Shown: piece after piece, positions 29,580-38,963 of the stretch
Numbering within the stretch: position 1 is the stretch's first letter
Layout: each line of letters opens with the position of its first letter
From: Acidobacteriota bacterium
GTDB lineage: Bacteria; Acidobacteriota; UBA6911
Assembly: GCA_963664705.1 (NCBI GenBank)
Contig: OY761556.1
Location: 5,792,001-5,856,000 of the forward strand
DNA length: 64,000 nucleotides
Direction: 5' to 3'
The notes under the pieces: generated by a model
Database searches by the model: none
What the model saw: the letters and a program-made list of their open reading frames with translations, nothing else
What the model was told of the DNA's origin: nothing
Translations under genes and position numbers: made by a program

Positions 29580-29636
29580 GGCCAAGAACTTAAAGGCTGT
29601 GAGCGTAATCGGGACCGGCGGGGTGCAGGTCTCAAA
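29580..29636 (+). repeat. Exact 57-bp direct copy of aor coding sequence (16500-16556)
   Basis: GGCCAAGAACTTAAAGGCTGTGAGCGTAATCGGGACCGGCGGGGTGCAGGTCTCAAA is present at both positions with unrelated flanks. Confidence 0.9.
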
Positions 29637-29766
29637 CATAGTTATTGTCAATTTCCATGCCACCCTTAAGAGGGGACCCTTCGGGGCCATATGTCACAAT
29701 GTGGTACGGTTGTGAAAGCAAAGTGGTATACTCCGGAAAACAACGAGTGTCTGTATAGAGGGGTCA

Positions 29767-30351
29767 ATGCCGAAGCAATCGTCACAGGACCTGACGCGTC
29801 TTTTGCTGGCCTGGAGCGAAGGAGAACAGGCGGCGCTGGAGAAACTGGCTCCAGTAGTACACCAGGAACTCCGGCGACTGGCGCATGCCTATATGCGCGG
29901 AGAGCGCAAAGATCATACGCTGCAAACCACTGCATTGATCAACGAGGCCTATCTGCGGCTACTGGACTGTAGAAAAATGGGATGGCAGAACCGGGCGCAC
30001 TTTTTTGCAATCTCCGCCCAGATGATGCGGCGCATTCTGGTTGATTATGCCCGCTCGCGGCGCTATCTGAAGCGCGGAGGGGGAGCGGAGAAGATCTCAC
30101 TGGACGAAAATCGCCTTACGGCGGACACGCGTGATCCCGATCTGATTGAACTGGACGAAGCGCTCAAAGCTCTCGGCAGGGTGGATGAGCGGAAAGGGAA
30201 GGTTGTGGAACTGCGGTACTTTGGCGGGCTGAGCGTGGAGGAGACGGCCGAGGTGCTCGGAGTTTCGCCGGACACGGTGATGCGTGACTGGAAGTTGGCC
30301 AAAGCCTGGCTGGCTCGTCAAATGAGCAACACTTCGCAGGTGAACCAATAA
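29767..30351 (+). CDS. ECF sigma factor, ECF43/TIGR02999-like (kinase-associated)
   Basis: HTLQTTALINEAYLRL, WQNRAHFFAISAQMMRRILVDYAR, VVELRYFGGLSVEETA..LGVS..TVMRDW. The stop codon overlaps the kinase start (TAATG). Confidence 0.93.
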   Translation: MPKQSSQDLTRLLLAWSEGEQAALEKLAPVVHQELRRLAHAYMRGERKDHTLQTTALINEAYLRLLDCRKMGWQNRAHFFAISAQMMRRILVDYARSRRYLKRGGGAEKISLDENRLTADTRDPDLIELDEALKALGRVDERKGKVVELRYFGGLSVEETAEVLGVSPDTVMRDWKLAKAWLARQMSNTSQVNQ

Positions 30352-33131
30352 TGGATCGCTGGAAGGAAATATCTGAGCTCTATCATGCTGCGCTGGGACG
30401 ACCGGAGCCGGAGCGTGTCGCTTTTCTGGATGGGTGTGGGAAAGATGAAGAGGTGCGGCGGGAAGTTGTTTCTCTGCTGGCCCATGAAAGCAAGGGGGAA
30501 AGCCTGCTGGAAAGGCCGCCACTGCAGGTGGCGGCTAGGATTATGGCAAAGGACGGCCTTGCTCTTCCTCAGCCGTCTGAACTCACCGGGGCTGCAATCA
30601 CACTTCCGGCGCAGGTGGTACCTGGGGGGATGCTGGGGCCGTACAAGATAGAAGAGCGGATTGGTCAGGGTGGGATGGGGGAAGTATGGAAAGCCAGCGA
30701 TACACGTTTGAGGCGCAGCGTGGCAATCAAGACATCGCAGGGGCGCTTTTCGGATCGTTTCGAACGGGAAGCGCACGCTATCGCAGCACTGAATCATCCG
30801 CACATTTGTGCTCTCTATGATGTTGGACCCAATTACCTGGTGATGGAGCTGCTGGAAGGGGACACGCTGAGAGAGCGGCTGAAGAAGGGTAAGCTGTCGG
30901 TTGAGGAGACGCTGAAATACGGTTTGCAGATTGCGGAGGCGCTGGCGGAGGCGCATGAGAAGGGAGTGATCCACAGAGACCTGAAGCCTGGGAATGTGGT
31001 GCTGACGAAGAATGGGGCAAAGGTTTTGGATTTTGGTCTTGCGAAATCGACTTCGGATGAGTCGCTGACCACATCCAACATTGTGATGGGGACGCCGGCC
31101 TATATGTCGCCGGAGCAGCGCGATGGCAGGGCATGCAGCGAGCGCACGGATCTGTTTGCGCTTGGGTTACTGCTTTATGAGATGGCCACGGGCAGGCAAA
31201 TAGCGCCGGGAGTGCTGTTGAAGAAGGAACGACTGCCGGACAGGCTGATGCGGGTAATCGAGCGGTGCCTGGCAACCGAGCCGGATGAGCGATGGCAATC
31301 GGCAAAGGAGGTGGCCGATGAGCTTGCCAAGGCAAGAGAGGATGCCATCCGCTTTAAGTCGGGCTCAAAACCGCGGTTTGGAATTTCAGGAGGCTATGCG
31401 GTGGGAAGCGCGGCTGTATTGCTGATGCTCATCGCAGGAGGGGTGTTCTGGTGGAAATGGGCGCAGCCGAGTCCGCTTACCGATCAGGACGTGCTGGTGA
31501 TGGCCGATTTCACGAACAACACGGGAGACGCAGCGTTCGATGGAGCGCTGCACCAGGCTCTGGCATTCGAGCTGGAACAATCGCCGTTTCTGAAGATCAT
31601 GGACGACCAGCAAGTGAACCAGACGATCCAGCTGATGGGCCGTCCCGCCGGTCAGCGGATCACCAACGATATCGCGCATGAGGTGTGTGTGCGGGAGGGG
31701 GAGAAAGCCACAATCGGAGGGTCGATCACCGTCCTGGGCAAGAGCTATCAGATTGCGCTGCAGGCGACTAATTGTCAGACGGGTGCGACCCTGGCCCGAG
31801 AACAGGCGGAAGCGGAAGACAAGGATCACGTACTCAAAGCAGTGGCGCTGGCGGCCAGGGGGATGCGAGCGAAGCTTGGGGAATCTCTACCCTCCATTCA
31901 GAAGACCGAGCGTCCCTGGTACGATAGTAATAATCATGATAGCGGAGTCACTACAAATTCCCTGGAAGCGCTCAAAGAATTTCATTTCGGAATGGATTTG
32001 CTCGGCCAGAACTCATCCAGCGAGGCGATTCCACATTTTCAACGCGCAATCGAGCTGGATCCCGACTTCGCCGTCGCACACTTGGAATTGGGCGTGGTGC
32101 ATTCAAATACAGGCCAGGCTGTCCTCGGGGAAAAATCGTACGCCAAGGCCTTCGCCTTGATAAACCGCGTTAGTGAGCGTGAACGCCTGGCGATCTTAGG
32201 ATCGTACTACAAAAATGTTACGGGTGAATTGAGCAAAGCTATCGCCGTTGACCAAATGCTTGTGCGCGCCTATCCACGCTCGGCGCTCGGGCACAACTGG
32301 TTGTTTGGGATTTACCTGGCGACAGGCGAGTATGAGAAGGCGTTGGAGCATGGGCTGGAAGAAGCCCGCATGGAACCTCGGATTCCCATGTTCCAGTTCA
32401 ATCTGTGCATTGTATATGTGAAGCTCGACCGTTTTGACGAGGCGAAGGCCGTGCTGGAGAGGATCGCGCAAAAGGAGCCGGGCAATTTACCTCTCCACCT
32501 GCACCGTCTGAGCATTGCGCTCATTCAGGAAGACCAGCGAGTGCAGAAGGAAGAGATCCAATGGTTAGAGGGCAAATCCGAGGAATCCATGAGTCTGCAT
32601 CTGCAATTCCTCAATGCCATTGTGCACGGGCAGCGTCGCCTGGCAAAGGGACTTTTCCAGCGCGAGTTCGAGATGGCACAGCGGCAACGCCTCGCTCTCG
32701 GCGGCAAGCCTTCGCCTTCGATGGTTGATGGGCAGATGGGCGACTGCGAAGCGGCACGCAAAGCGGGGATAAATACTATCCTATGCATGGATGCGTCGGC
32801 CTTACGGTTGGCTCAGGAGATGGAGGCAAAGAATCCGCCTTCGAATCCGGACGCAACCAATTTGCTCTACCTGCGGGGCCTGGAGGCTTTGTCGGCGGGC
32901 AAAGGACCGGCGGCGGCGGCCGAGTTCCAGAAGATTGTTGATCATAAGGGCCGGAACTGGGGACTCTTCTACTCGCCTGCCCATCTATATCTTGCCCGCG
33001 CGCAAGCAAAAGCGGGTGAGATAGCTAAAGCCCGGGGCGCTTATGAGGACTTTCTTGCCCTCTGGAAAGACGCCGACAGGGACCTCCCCTTTTATATCCA
33101 AGCTAACAAGGAATTGGCGAGGTTGCGCTAG
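30351..33131 (+). CDS. Membrane Ser/Thr protein kinase with periplasmic TPR region
   Basis: IGQGGMGEVW, VAIK, HRDLKPGN, DFGLAK, GTPAYMSPEQ. TM segment AVLLMLIAGGVFWW; ADFTNNTGD; multiple TPRs. Confidence 0.93.
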   Translation: MDRWKEISELYHAALGRPEPERVAFLDGCGKDEEVRREVVSLLAHESKGESLLERPPLQVAARIMAKDGLALPQPSELTGAAITLPAQVVPGGMLGPYKIEERIGQGGMGEVWKASDTRLRRSVAIKTSQGRFSDRFEREAHAIAALNHPHICALYDVGPNYLVMELLEGDTLRERLKKGKLSVEETLKYGLQIAEALAEAHEKGVIHRDLKPGNVVLTKNGAKVLDFGLAKSTSDESLTTSNIVMGTPAYMSPEQRDGRACSERTDLFALGLLLYEMATGRQIAPGVLLKKERLPDRLMRVIERCLATEPDERWQSAKEVADELAKAREDAIRFKSGSKPRFGISGGYAVGSAAVLLMLIAGGVFWWKWAQPSPLTDQDVLVMADFTNNTGDAAFDGALHQALAFELEQSPFLKIMDDQQVNQTIQLMGRPAGQRITNDIAHEVCVREGEKATIGGSITVLGKSYQIALQATNCQTGATLAREQAEAEDKDHVLKAVALAARGMRAKLGESLPSIQKTERPWYDSNNHDSGVTTNSLEALKEFHFGMDLLGQNSSSEAIPHFQRAIELDPDFAVAHLELGVVHSNTGQAVLGEKSYAKAFALINRVSERERLAILGSYYKNVTGELSKAIAVDQMLVRAYPRSALGHNWLFGIYLATGEYEKALEHGLEEARMEPRIPMFQFNLCIVYVKLDRFDEAKAVLERIAQKEPGNLPLHLHRLSIALIQEDQRVQKEEIQWLEGKSEESMSLHLQFLNAIVHGQRRLAKGLFQREFEMAQRQRLALGGKPSPSMVDGQMGDCEAARKAGINTILCMDASALRLAQEMEAKNPPSNPDATNLLYLRGLEALSAGKGPAAAAEFQKIVDHKGRNWGLFYSPAHLYLARAQAKAGEIAKARGAYEDFLALWKDADRDLPFYIQANKELARLR

Positions 33132-33219
33132 CTTCGATCGTCCTTTGCAATAGTGGAAGCTGCAAATGCAAACAAAGGGCGTCAATTCGAAGCTGCGAAA
33201 ACTTGCAGGAATCGAAAGG

Positions 33220-33264
33220 AAAGCAGAATCTGCGGGCAAGTCCTTAATCCGCAGATTCTGCTTT
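33220..33264. terminator. Bidirectional terminator-like hairpin between convergent genes
   Basis: Perfect 16-bp inverted repeat AAAGCAGAATCTGCGG / CCGCAGATTCTGCTTT. Confidence 0.65.
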
Positions 33265-33289
33265 TCATGCAGTTTCCCCAGCGATGGAT

Positions 33290-34282
33290 CTATTCCCAGC
33301 CGGTCGGTGAATTGAAAGGCGCCATGATGCCAATGGCTTCTATATCGTGAATCTGGCCGCCCCATATTTTGTAGATGTGCATGGCCGGCATGTCAAAAGG
33401 CTTTTGATTGGACATATCGGATTCCGGCCGATCCGGGTTGCCCGTGATTTTGAATTTCTTCTGCGTCATCGGATGATGGAAATGTGAAAAACCGATCGCC
33501 AAACCCGTAACGGTGTCGGCGATTTCCACGCGGCGATTCTCGATCGAGGTAATGTACTGGAACGTTCCGGAGTCGATCTGTGTCGTGCAATCCTGCATGC
33601 CCAACAAGCCCGGCTTTGGCGCCGCCGTGCCCGGAATTGTGGCTCCTCCCAGCGAGGGTCCGCCGGACGGGGCCGTGCGCATACCGTTCTCATGCCGCTC
33701 GCAGTCAGAGGCAAAGGGAGCAAGATGGCCATTGTTGTTGTCCAGCGCGTCATAATAGGATTTAGCAATGTAGGTCAACCGGCCGTGCGAGTCCGCATAT
33801 TCATAGGGCACTTCCAAGGCAAAAGACGGACGATGCTTTTTCAGATTTGGATTATCGGGATTCCCCATGGGATTATTTTTATCCAGCACGATAACCAGAT
33901 GCTCGGCTTCAACGATCTTGCCGTTTGCCAGCTTAAGACGGAAACCAACCTGAGCGGGTTTTTGATCGCTCCCCATAACAACCAGGCCACCGACTTCCTG
34001 CGTAATTGGATCCGCGGCCATGATTTTAAAATCGGACGGCAGGGCGGAAGCGGTCTTCCATAAACCCTCGCCGAGTTTAATGCGTTTCACGTTTTCAACT
34101 ATTTTTACGTTACCGGCAAGCGGTACCTGTCCGGGATCATGCGCAACCATCGCTGTCAGATAATTATCGGCAAGCTTTAACAGCGCAGCTCTGTCTAATC
34201 CAGTATCGGCGGCCTGGAGTACTGCCGCTGCAGCAAACACCACAACTGCTCCAACCAATAGATAGCTCAACATTTTCTTCAT
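33290..34282 (-). CDS. Secreted uncharacterised protein, 'ENG' family paralogue A (probable tandem NTF2/SnoaL-like domains)
   Basis: Signal peptide; LDRAAL..YLTAMVAHDP, LGEGLW, RLK..GKIVEAEH, PFASDCERHENG, HIYKI..GQIHDIEA, TGWE. Confidence 0.75.
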   Translation of the reverse strand: MKKMLSYLLVGAVVVFAAAAVLQAADTGLDRAALLKLADNYLTAMVAHDPGQVPLAGNVKIVENVKRIKLGEGLWKTASALPSDFKIMAADPITQEVGGLVVMGSDQKPAQVGFRLKLANGKIVEAEHLVIVLDKNNPMGNPDNPNLKKHRPSFALEVPYEYADSHGRLTYIAKSYYDALDNNNGHLAPFASDCERHENGMRTAPSGGPSLGGATIPGTAAPKPGLLGMQDCTTQIDSGTFQYITSIENRRVEIADTVTGLAIGFSHFHHPMTQKKFKITGNPDRPESDMSNQKPFDMPAMHIYKIWGGQIHDIEAIGIMAPFNSPTGWE

Positions 34283-34664
34283 AAAATCGGCTCCCAACAA
34301 TACGATTTATTCCAACTAAAGATTCACCATGCGTGCTTTTTGCGGCGACGATCACGATTTGTGTAACGAAACACAGCTTAGCCTAGCGCTGTTTTCCCTA
34401 AACTTGCAACCCCTGAAAAAGGACACCCTCGAAATAAGGGCAAGGGCAAGTCGGGCACAAATTGCCTTAGATAGTGTCACGAAAGTGTGTCAAGTAGAAT
34501 TCTTGCCACAGCCGAAAGAGCTTGCGGTCGCGGGCCCTGCATCTACAAGGGTATGAATCGCTTGTCACCGCATTTATCCGAAGGGATGCCGCTAGAAAAA
34601 CTGGATCGCGTCCGACCCGTGATACGATCCCAAAACCTTGATTATTTGAATATAGGAGGAGTGC

Positions 34665-35528
34665 ATGAAGTGCCTATTGAATGTGATCGCATTGTTGTTT
34701 CTCGTTAGCTCTAATCTTCCTGCGGCTCCGGCCTGCGACCGTGAATGCCTCAAAGGTTTTGTAACAAATTACCTGGATGCCATGGTTGCCCATAAGCCGG
34801 AGTCGGTTCCTGCTGCTTCCAACCTAAAATATACAGAGGACTGCAAGGAGCTGAAACTGGGCGAAGGGGAATGGAAAATAATCACCGGCCTCACCGAATA
34901 TCGCAGAGATGTTCTGGATGTAAAAGAGGGCGTTGCGGTTTCATTCAATATCGTTAAAGAGGGAGCCGATACAAAGGCGCTCTACACCATACGCCTCAAG
35001 GTTATCGATAAGAAGATAACCGAACTTGAAACGCAGGCGGTCCATAATCAGAAGGAAGCGATGCTTTTAGATTTCGAAAATATTAAGACCATCAGCAAGA
35101 CGATGGCCTTCGTTCCGGAAAAAAGGCAGCTTCTTTCAAGGGAAGACCTCATCAAGGCCGGCAGGACATATGCCGAAGGATTGAAGGTCGGCAGCTTTGT
35201 CAAAGTGGACTCGCCCATGGCGCCTGATGCGTACCGCTTTGAAAACGGCAAGCTCATGGCCGGTCCGGGATGCACCTTTTTCAAGGGTTGCGACACCATG
35301 AAAACGCAAACCATTCCAAGGCTGTCCGGGATCACACAGCGTGTCATGGCAGTGGATGAGGAAATGGGGGTTATCGCCATCCGCATGAATTTCGGGCCTG
35401 GATCCACCTTCCAGGGGGGCGGCGAGCTGGATGTCTTTCATTCATTTAAGGTTTATGACGGCTTGATCCGCGCCGCAGAAGCCTTTTTCAAACAGGTTCC
35501 GGCAGGCACCAAATCAGGCTGGGAATAA
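34665..35528 (+). CDS. Secreted uncharacterised protein, 'ENG' family paralogue B
   Basis: CDRECL..YLDAMVAHKP, LGEGEW, RLKV..KITELE, YRFENG, HSFKV..GLIRAAEA, SGWE. Confidence 0.75.
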   Translation: MKCLLNVIALLFLVSSNLPAAPACDRECLKGFVTNYLDAMVAHKPESVPAASNLKYTEDCKELKLGEGEWKIITGLTEYRRDVLDVKEGVAVSFNIVKEGADTKALYTIRLKVIDKKITELETQAVHNQKEAMLLDFENIKTISKTMAFVPEKRQLLSREDLIKAGRTYAEGLKVGSFVKVDSPMAPDAYRFENGKLMAGPGCTFFKGCDTMKTQTIPRLSGITQRVMAVDEEMGVIAIRMNFGPGSTFQGGGELDVFHSFKVYDGLIRAAEAFFKQVPAGTKSGWE

Positions 35529-35584
35529 ACTGAATAGTCTCGAAGTGAGGCAGTTTGCTGCGGCGCTTATAGGAGGATTCACCC

Positions 35585-37486
35585 GTGCTGAAGACCAAGT
35601 CGTTCCTGACCTTTGCGCTCTTGATAATGGTGAGCTTTTCATTCATCCCCGTCACCTTCGCGCTAAATTACTCCAACAGACTGGGGAACAAGGCCACTTT
35701 CGAGATGCTGGAAGATGCTCGTGTGAGCAGCCCCGCAGCCGCCGCTTCTCAGGCATCGGGCAAGGGGAACTTCAAGTCTCATCCTGTACTTGATGGCTAT
35801 CCCAAAGGAACCACGTATGTGTATCGGTCGGCGAACCTGTGGAGCGGGCGCGCCAACCGCTCCAATACGAATATCATGGTCTTTGCCGAGAAGTCCTTTC
35901 AGGGCAAAGATGCTGCGTTTGCCTACCTGAAAGATCTCGGCCTTATCAACATCATCGATACGGCGATCGGCAGCGTGGTGCTCGTGACGCCCTCCGATCC
36001 CAAAGCCGGTTTCGGCGCCGCCGATCAGAAGCACTATTATTCCCTCCAGACCGCAATGCTTTCGCTGGGAGGCTCTGAAAGATCCAACAATGTCACCACG
36101 ACCTACTCTGACGGCGACTACTTCGGCGGCTTCGGCTTCCTTTATGTCGTCGGCATCGACGGTGGCGCGACTTTCTTCAATAATTACATTGCCAGCACCT
36201 TCGACTACGCCAGCCGTATTGCCGGCGTTCTGCTGATCAACGGCAAGATGGATGAGGTTCGAAATGTGGCCAGTGTCCTGCCCGTCTACCTGGTGAACGC
36301 CACCGAGGCTGTTGCGGCCAAGTACAAGGCCTCGAATAAAACCGACGCCGTCAAGGGCGACGCCAAAACTACTACCTACTTTAGTCAGAATCTTCCGCTT
36401 CAGCAGGTGATTGTAAACAGAGAATCAAGTCCGAACGTGGCCGTCCTCATCAAGAGGGTTTATGATGAGATGTTCTCCAGAACAATGAGAATCCCTGTCG
36501 TCAAACAAGGTTTGCACAGCGCCGGCACGCCTTACCAGGGATATAACTTCGATCAGGCGCCCTATTCCCTGGCCGCGCGGAATGTAGTCGCGAATGGTGT
36601 GGCGCCCGATGGCATTTCCGTGTTCCCGCACCAGGAAGACCGGTTCTCCAGCCTCAAGACTAAAGCGGGTGAGTACCTGCAGACTTGGTGCGAATATGTA
36701 CCCGCCGAAGTTCTCCAAAATAGGGTCGCGCCCGGCACCATCCCACTGATCATCGCTCTCCATGGCGGCGGGGATGACCCACAGGCTTTTGTTGAGGAAG
36801 TCGGCTGGCTGGAGATGGCACGCCAGAATCGATTTATCATCGTCGCCCCGGAACACCAGGGTCTCTATTCAGATCAGGCCGTTCTTGGAGAATCGATCGC
36901 TGCACTGGCCTCTTACATGATGAAGACCTATCCCGCGATTGACTCTTCCCGTATATATGCGTCCGGCTATTCGATGGGCGGAGGGGCGACCCTCACAATT
37001 GCGACCAGCCATCCCCGGATGCTGGCAGCCGTTGTAGACATGGCCGGTGCGATGTTCACTTTCACAGACCAGATGGAGGCGCAGTTCAAAGAAGCGGACC
37101 TGCCATTCATGTACTTAACCAGCGCCTATGACCTGCAGCCCAATATAAACCCGGATGACGGAAGTCTTTCAAATAATTCCCAGGTGCTTCTGAATAAATT
37201 TATGCTTTTCAATAACATGAACCAGATCAGCTATGACTTCAGAGCGCACCCGAAGTGCGGGTTTCAGGCGGATGCCTGGTCTGAGACTTTGTTGAATGAT
37301 GAACACAAAAATTACATATGGTATCTGAATAACAGGCAGGGCGTTCCCATGGTGGCCCTCAACTATACGGCAGATCTGATTCATGCTTTGTATCCACAGT
37401 ACGCCAGGATGGCGTGGGACTACCTGATCCGGTTCTCGCGCGATCAGAAGACCGGCGCAATCAAATACAATCCTTACGCCAGATAG
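35585..37486 (+). CDS. Secreted double-domain esterase, paralogue 3
   Basis: FEMLEDAR and VGIDGGATF in the N-terminal half; PLIIALHGGGDDP, DSSRIYASGYSMGG, AYDL, LIHALY in the C-terminal half. Confidence 0.8.
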   Translation: MLKTKSFLTFALLIMVSFSFIPVTFALNYSNRLGNKATFEMLEDARVSSPAAAASQASGKGNFKSHPVLDGYPKGTTYVYRSANLWSGRANRSNTNIMVFAEKSFQGKDAAFAYLKDLGLINIIDTAIGSVVLVTPSDPKAGFGAADQKHYYSLQTAMLSLGGSERSNNVTTTYSDGDYFGGFGFLYVVGIDGGATFFNNYIASTFDYASRIAGVLLINGKMDEVRNVASVLPVYLVNATEAVAAKYKASNKTDAVKGDAKTTTYFSQNLPLQQVIVNRESSPNVAVLIKRVYDEMFSRTMRIPVVKQGLHSAGTPYQGYNFDQAPYSLAARNVVANGVAPDGISVFPHQEDRFSSLKTKAGEYLQTWCEYVPAEVLQNRVAPGTIPLIIALHGGGDDPQAFVEEVGWLEMARQNRFIIVAPEHQGLYSDQAVLGESIAALASYMMKTYPAIDSSRIYASGYSMGGGATLTIATSHPRMLAAVVDMAGAMFTFTDQMEAQFKEADLPFMYLTSAYDLQPNINPDDGSLSNNSQVLLNKFMLFNNMNQISYDFRAHPKCGFQADAWSETLLNDEHKNYIWYLNNRQGVPMVALNYTADLIHALYPQYARMAWDYLIRFSRDQKTGAIKYNPYAR

Positions 37487-37646
37487 GTGCGGCAGCACTG
37501 CGCCCGGCGAGGCGTTGCCGGAGCGCGAAAAGTCCTTCCCCGGTGGGTCGGGGCCATAGACCATAGTTATTGAGTAAGAGGGACCGCCCAGCGGCTTGGC
37601 GCTGCTGCTATTGGGGCATACACATTTCCCTGAAAGAAGGGGTCCG

Positions 37647-38918
37647 ATGGTTACAGCAATAACAATTCACGAAGCTGCGCAGGAAACGAAGGTCCTGGCG
37701 GAAACAGATGTTGTCGTTGTAGGAGCCGGGCCGGCCGGTGTTACTGCGGCTATTGCGGCGGCACGCGAAGGTGCCGACACAATTCTGGTGGAAAGGTATG
37801 GCTTTCTGGGCGGCATGGCTACGGGTGGTTTGGTTCTGATGATAAATCAGTACCCTTCAGGCCAATGCCAGGAATGGTTGGACCGGTTGAATAAAGTTGG
37901 CGGCGTGCATGATCTCTCCAAGACCAAAGAGCCTGGTGTTTTGAAACATACTATGATGCTCGATCCTGAACTCCTGAAGTGCATTTTGAACGATATGGTC
38001 CTCGAGGCCGGCGTAAAGCAGCTTCTTCATTCCTGGAGTGCGGCCGCAATTGTGGAAAAGAACGCTGTCAAAGGAGTCATTTTTGAAAGTAAATCCGGGC
38101 GTCAGGCAATCGTCGGCAAAGCGGTCATTGACGCCACCGGCGATGGAGACGTCTTCGCCTCCGCCGGCGCCGAATTTGATGCTGCACTCGACAAAGGCTA
38201 CCGCTCCTCAGATCTTGCCATGGTTTTCCGCATAGGGGGCGTGGATTTTGATGCGTTCGCCGATTTCCGCGCGGCACAGCCCGGGAAATGGGAAGAAATC
38301 AGAAATGAAGCGTTCAAGCTGTCCGGATTTCCTTTAGTACCCGTAGCTGCCCAGCGCAAAGATGTATTCTGGGTCAATAGCTTTATACCCGGCAAGAGCA
38401 GTATTAAGGTTGAGGATCTTACCTGGGTCAACGTTAATGTGCGCAAGGCAATGCTGCCGGTTCACTCCTATTACAAAAAGAATTTGCCCGGCTTTGAAAA
38501 CAGCTACCTTTACGATAGTGCATCGCAAACTGGAACGCGCGGCAGCCGCCGTCTTATCGGCGAATATATCTTGACCGGCGAGGATGCGCGTTCCGGAAAG
38601 AAGTTTGAGGACACGGTGTTGATGTTTCCGCAGGGCGTTCCGCTCAGCTGGCCCGGAGGCGTCCAGCCGCAAAACGTAGGAATGCCTTACCGTTGTCTTG
38701 TGCCAACCAAGCTGGATGGGCTTCTCGCTTCCGGACGCTGTTTTTCATCCGACCAGGCTGCCAACACAATGTTTAATGTCATTCCACACTGTATCCAGAT
38801 GGGTCAGGCCGCGGGGACCGCTGCTGCGCTGGCTGTCCAAAACGGAGTATTGCTGCGGAACATTGATGTCAAGGCACTTCAGAGAAGGCTTATCGCGCAA
38901 GGCGTTGAATTGCCCTAG
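37647..38918 (+). CDS. FAD-dependent oxidoreductase (FAD_oxidored family)
   Basis: DVVVVGAGPAGVTAAIAAAREG, LGGMATGG, IDATGDGD, MPYRCLVP, GRCFS, MGQAAGTAAA. Confidence 0.88.
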   Translation: MVTAITIHEAAQETKVLAETDVVVVGAGPAGVTAAIAAAREGADTILVERYGFLGGMATGGLVLMINQYPSGQCQEWLDRLNKVGGVHDLSKTKEPGVLKHTMMLDPELLKCILNDMVLEAGVKQLLHSWSAAAIVEKNAVKGVIFESKSGRQAIVGKAVIDATGDGDVFASAGAEFDAALDKGYRSSDLAMVFRIGGVDFDAFADFRAAQPGKWEEIRNEAFKLSGFPLVPVAAQRKDVFWVNSFIPGKSSIKVEDLTWVNVNVRKAMLPVHSYYKKNLPGFENSYLYDSASQTGTRGSRRLIGEYILTGEDARSGKKFEDTVLMFPQGVPLSWPGGVQPQNVGMPYRCLVPTKLDGLLASGRCFSSDQAANTMFNVIPHCIQMGQAAGTAAALAVQNGVLLRNIDVKALQRRLIAQGVELP

Positions 38919-38963
38919 AAAACGGGACGAATTTTAGAAAGCAAAAACGAGAATAAACCGGAA

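Noticed and set aside
29637-29647. CATAGTTATTG shared with 37562-37572
   Set aside because: An 11-bp match is expected by chance in 64 kb.
29500-29700. CRISPR-like spacer acquisition as the explanation for the 57-bp aor copy
   Set aside because: No flanking direct repeats, no array and no cas genes in the window.
34450-34470. Sigma-54 promoter-like GGCAC…TTGC
   Set aside because: The GG-to-GC spacing does not fit the required -24/-12 geometry.
37487-37620. GC-rich intergenic stretch with small hairpins as a riboswitch or ncRNA
   Set aside because: Only short stems and no recognisable conserved motif.
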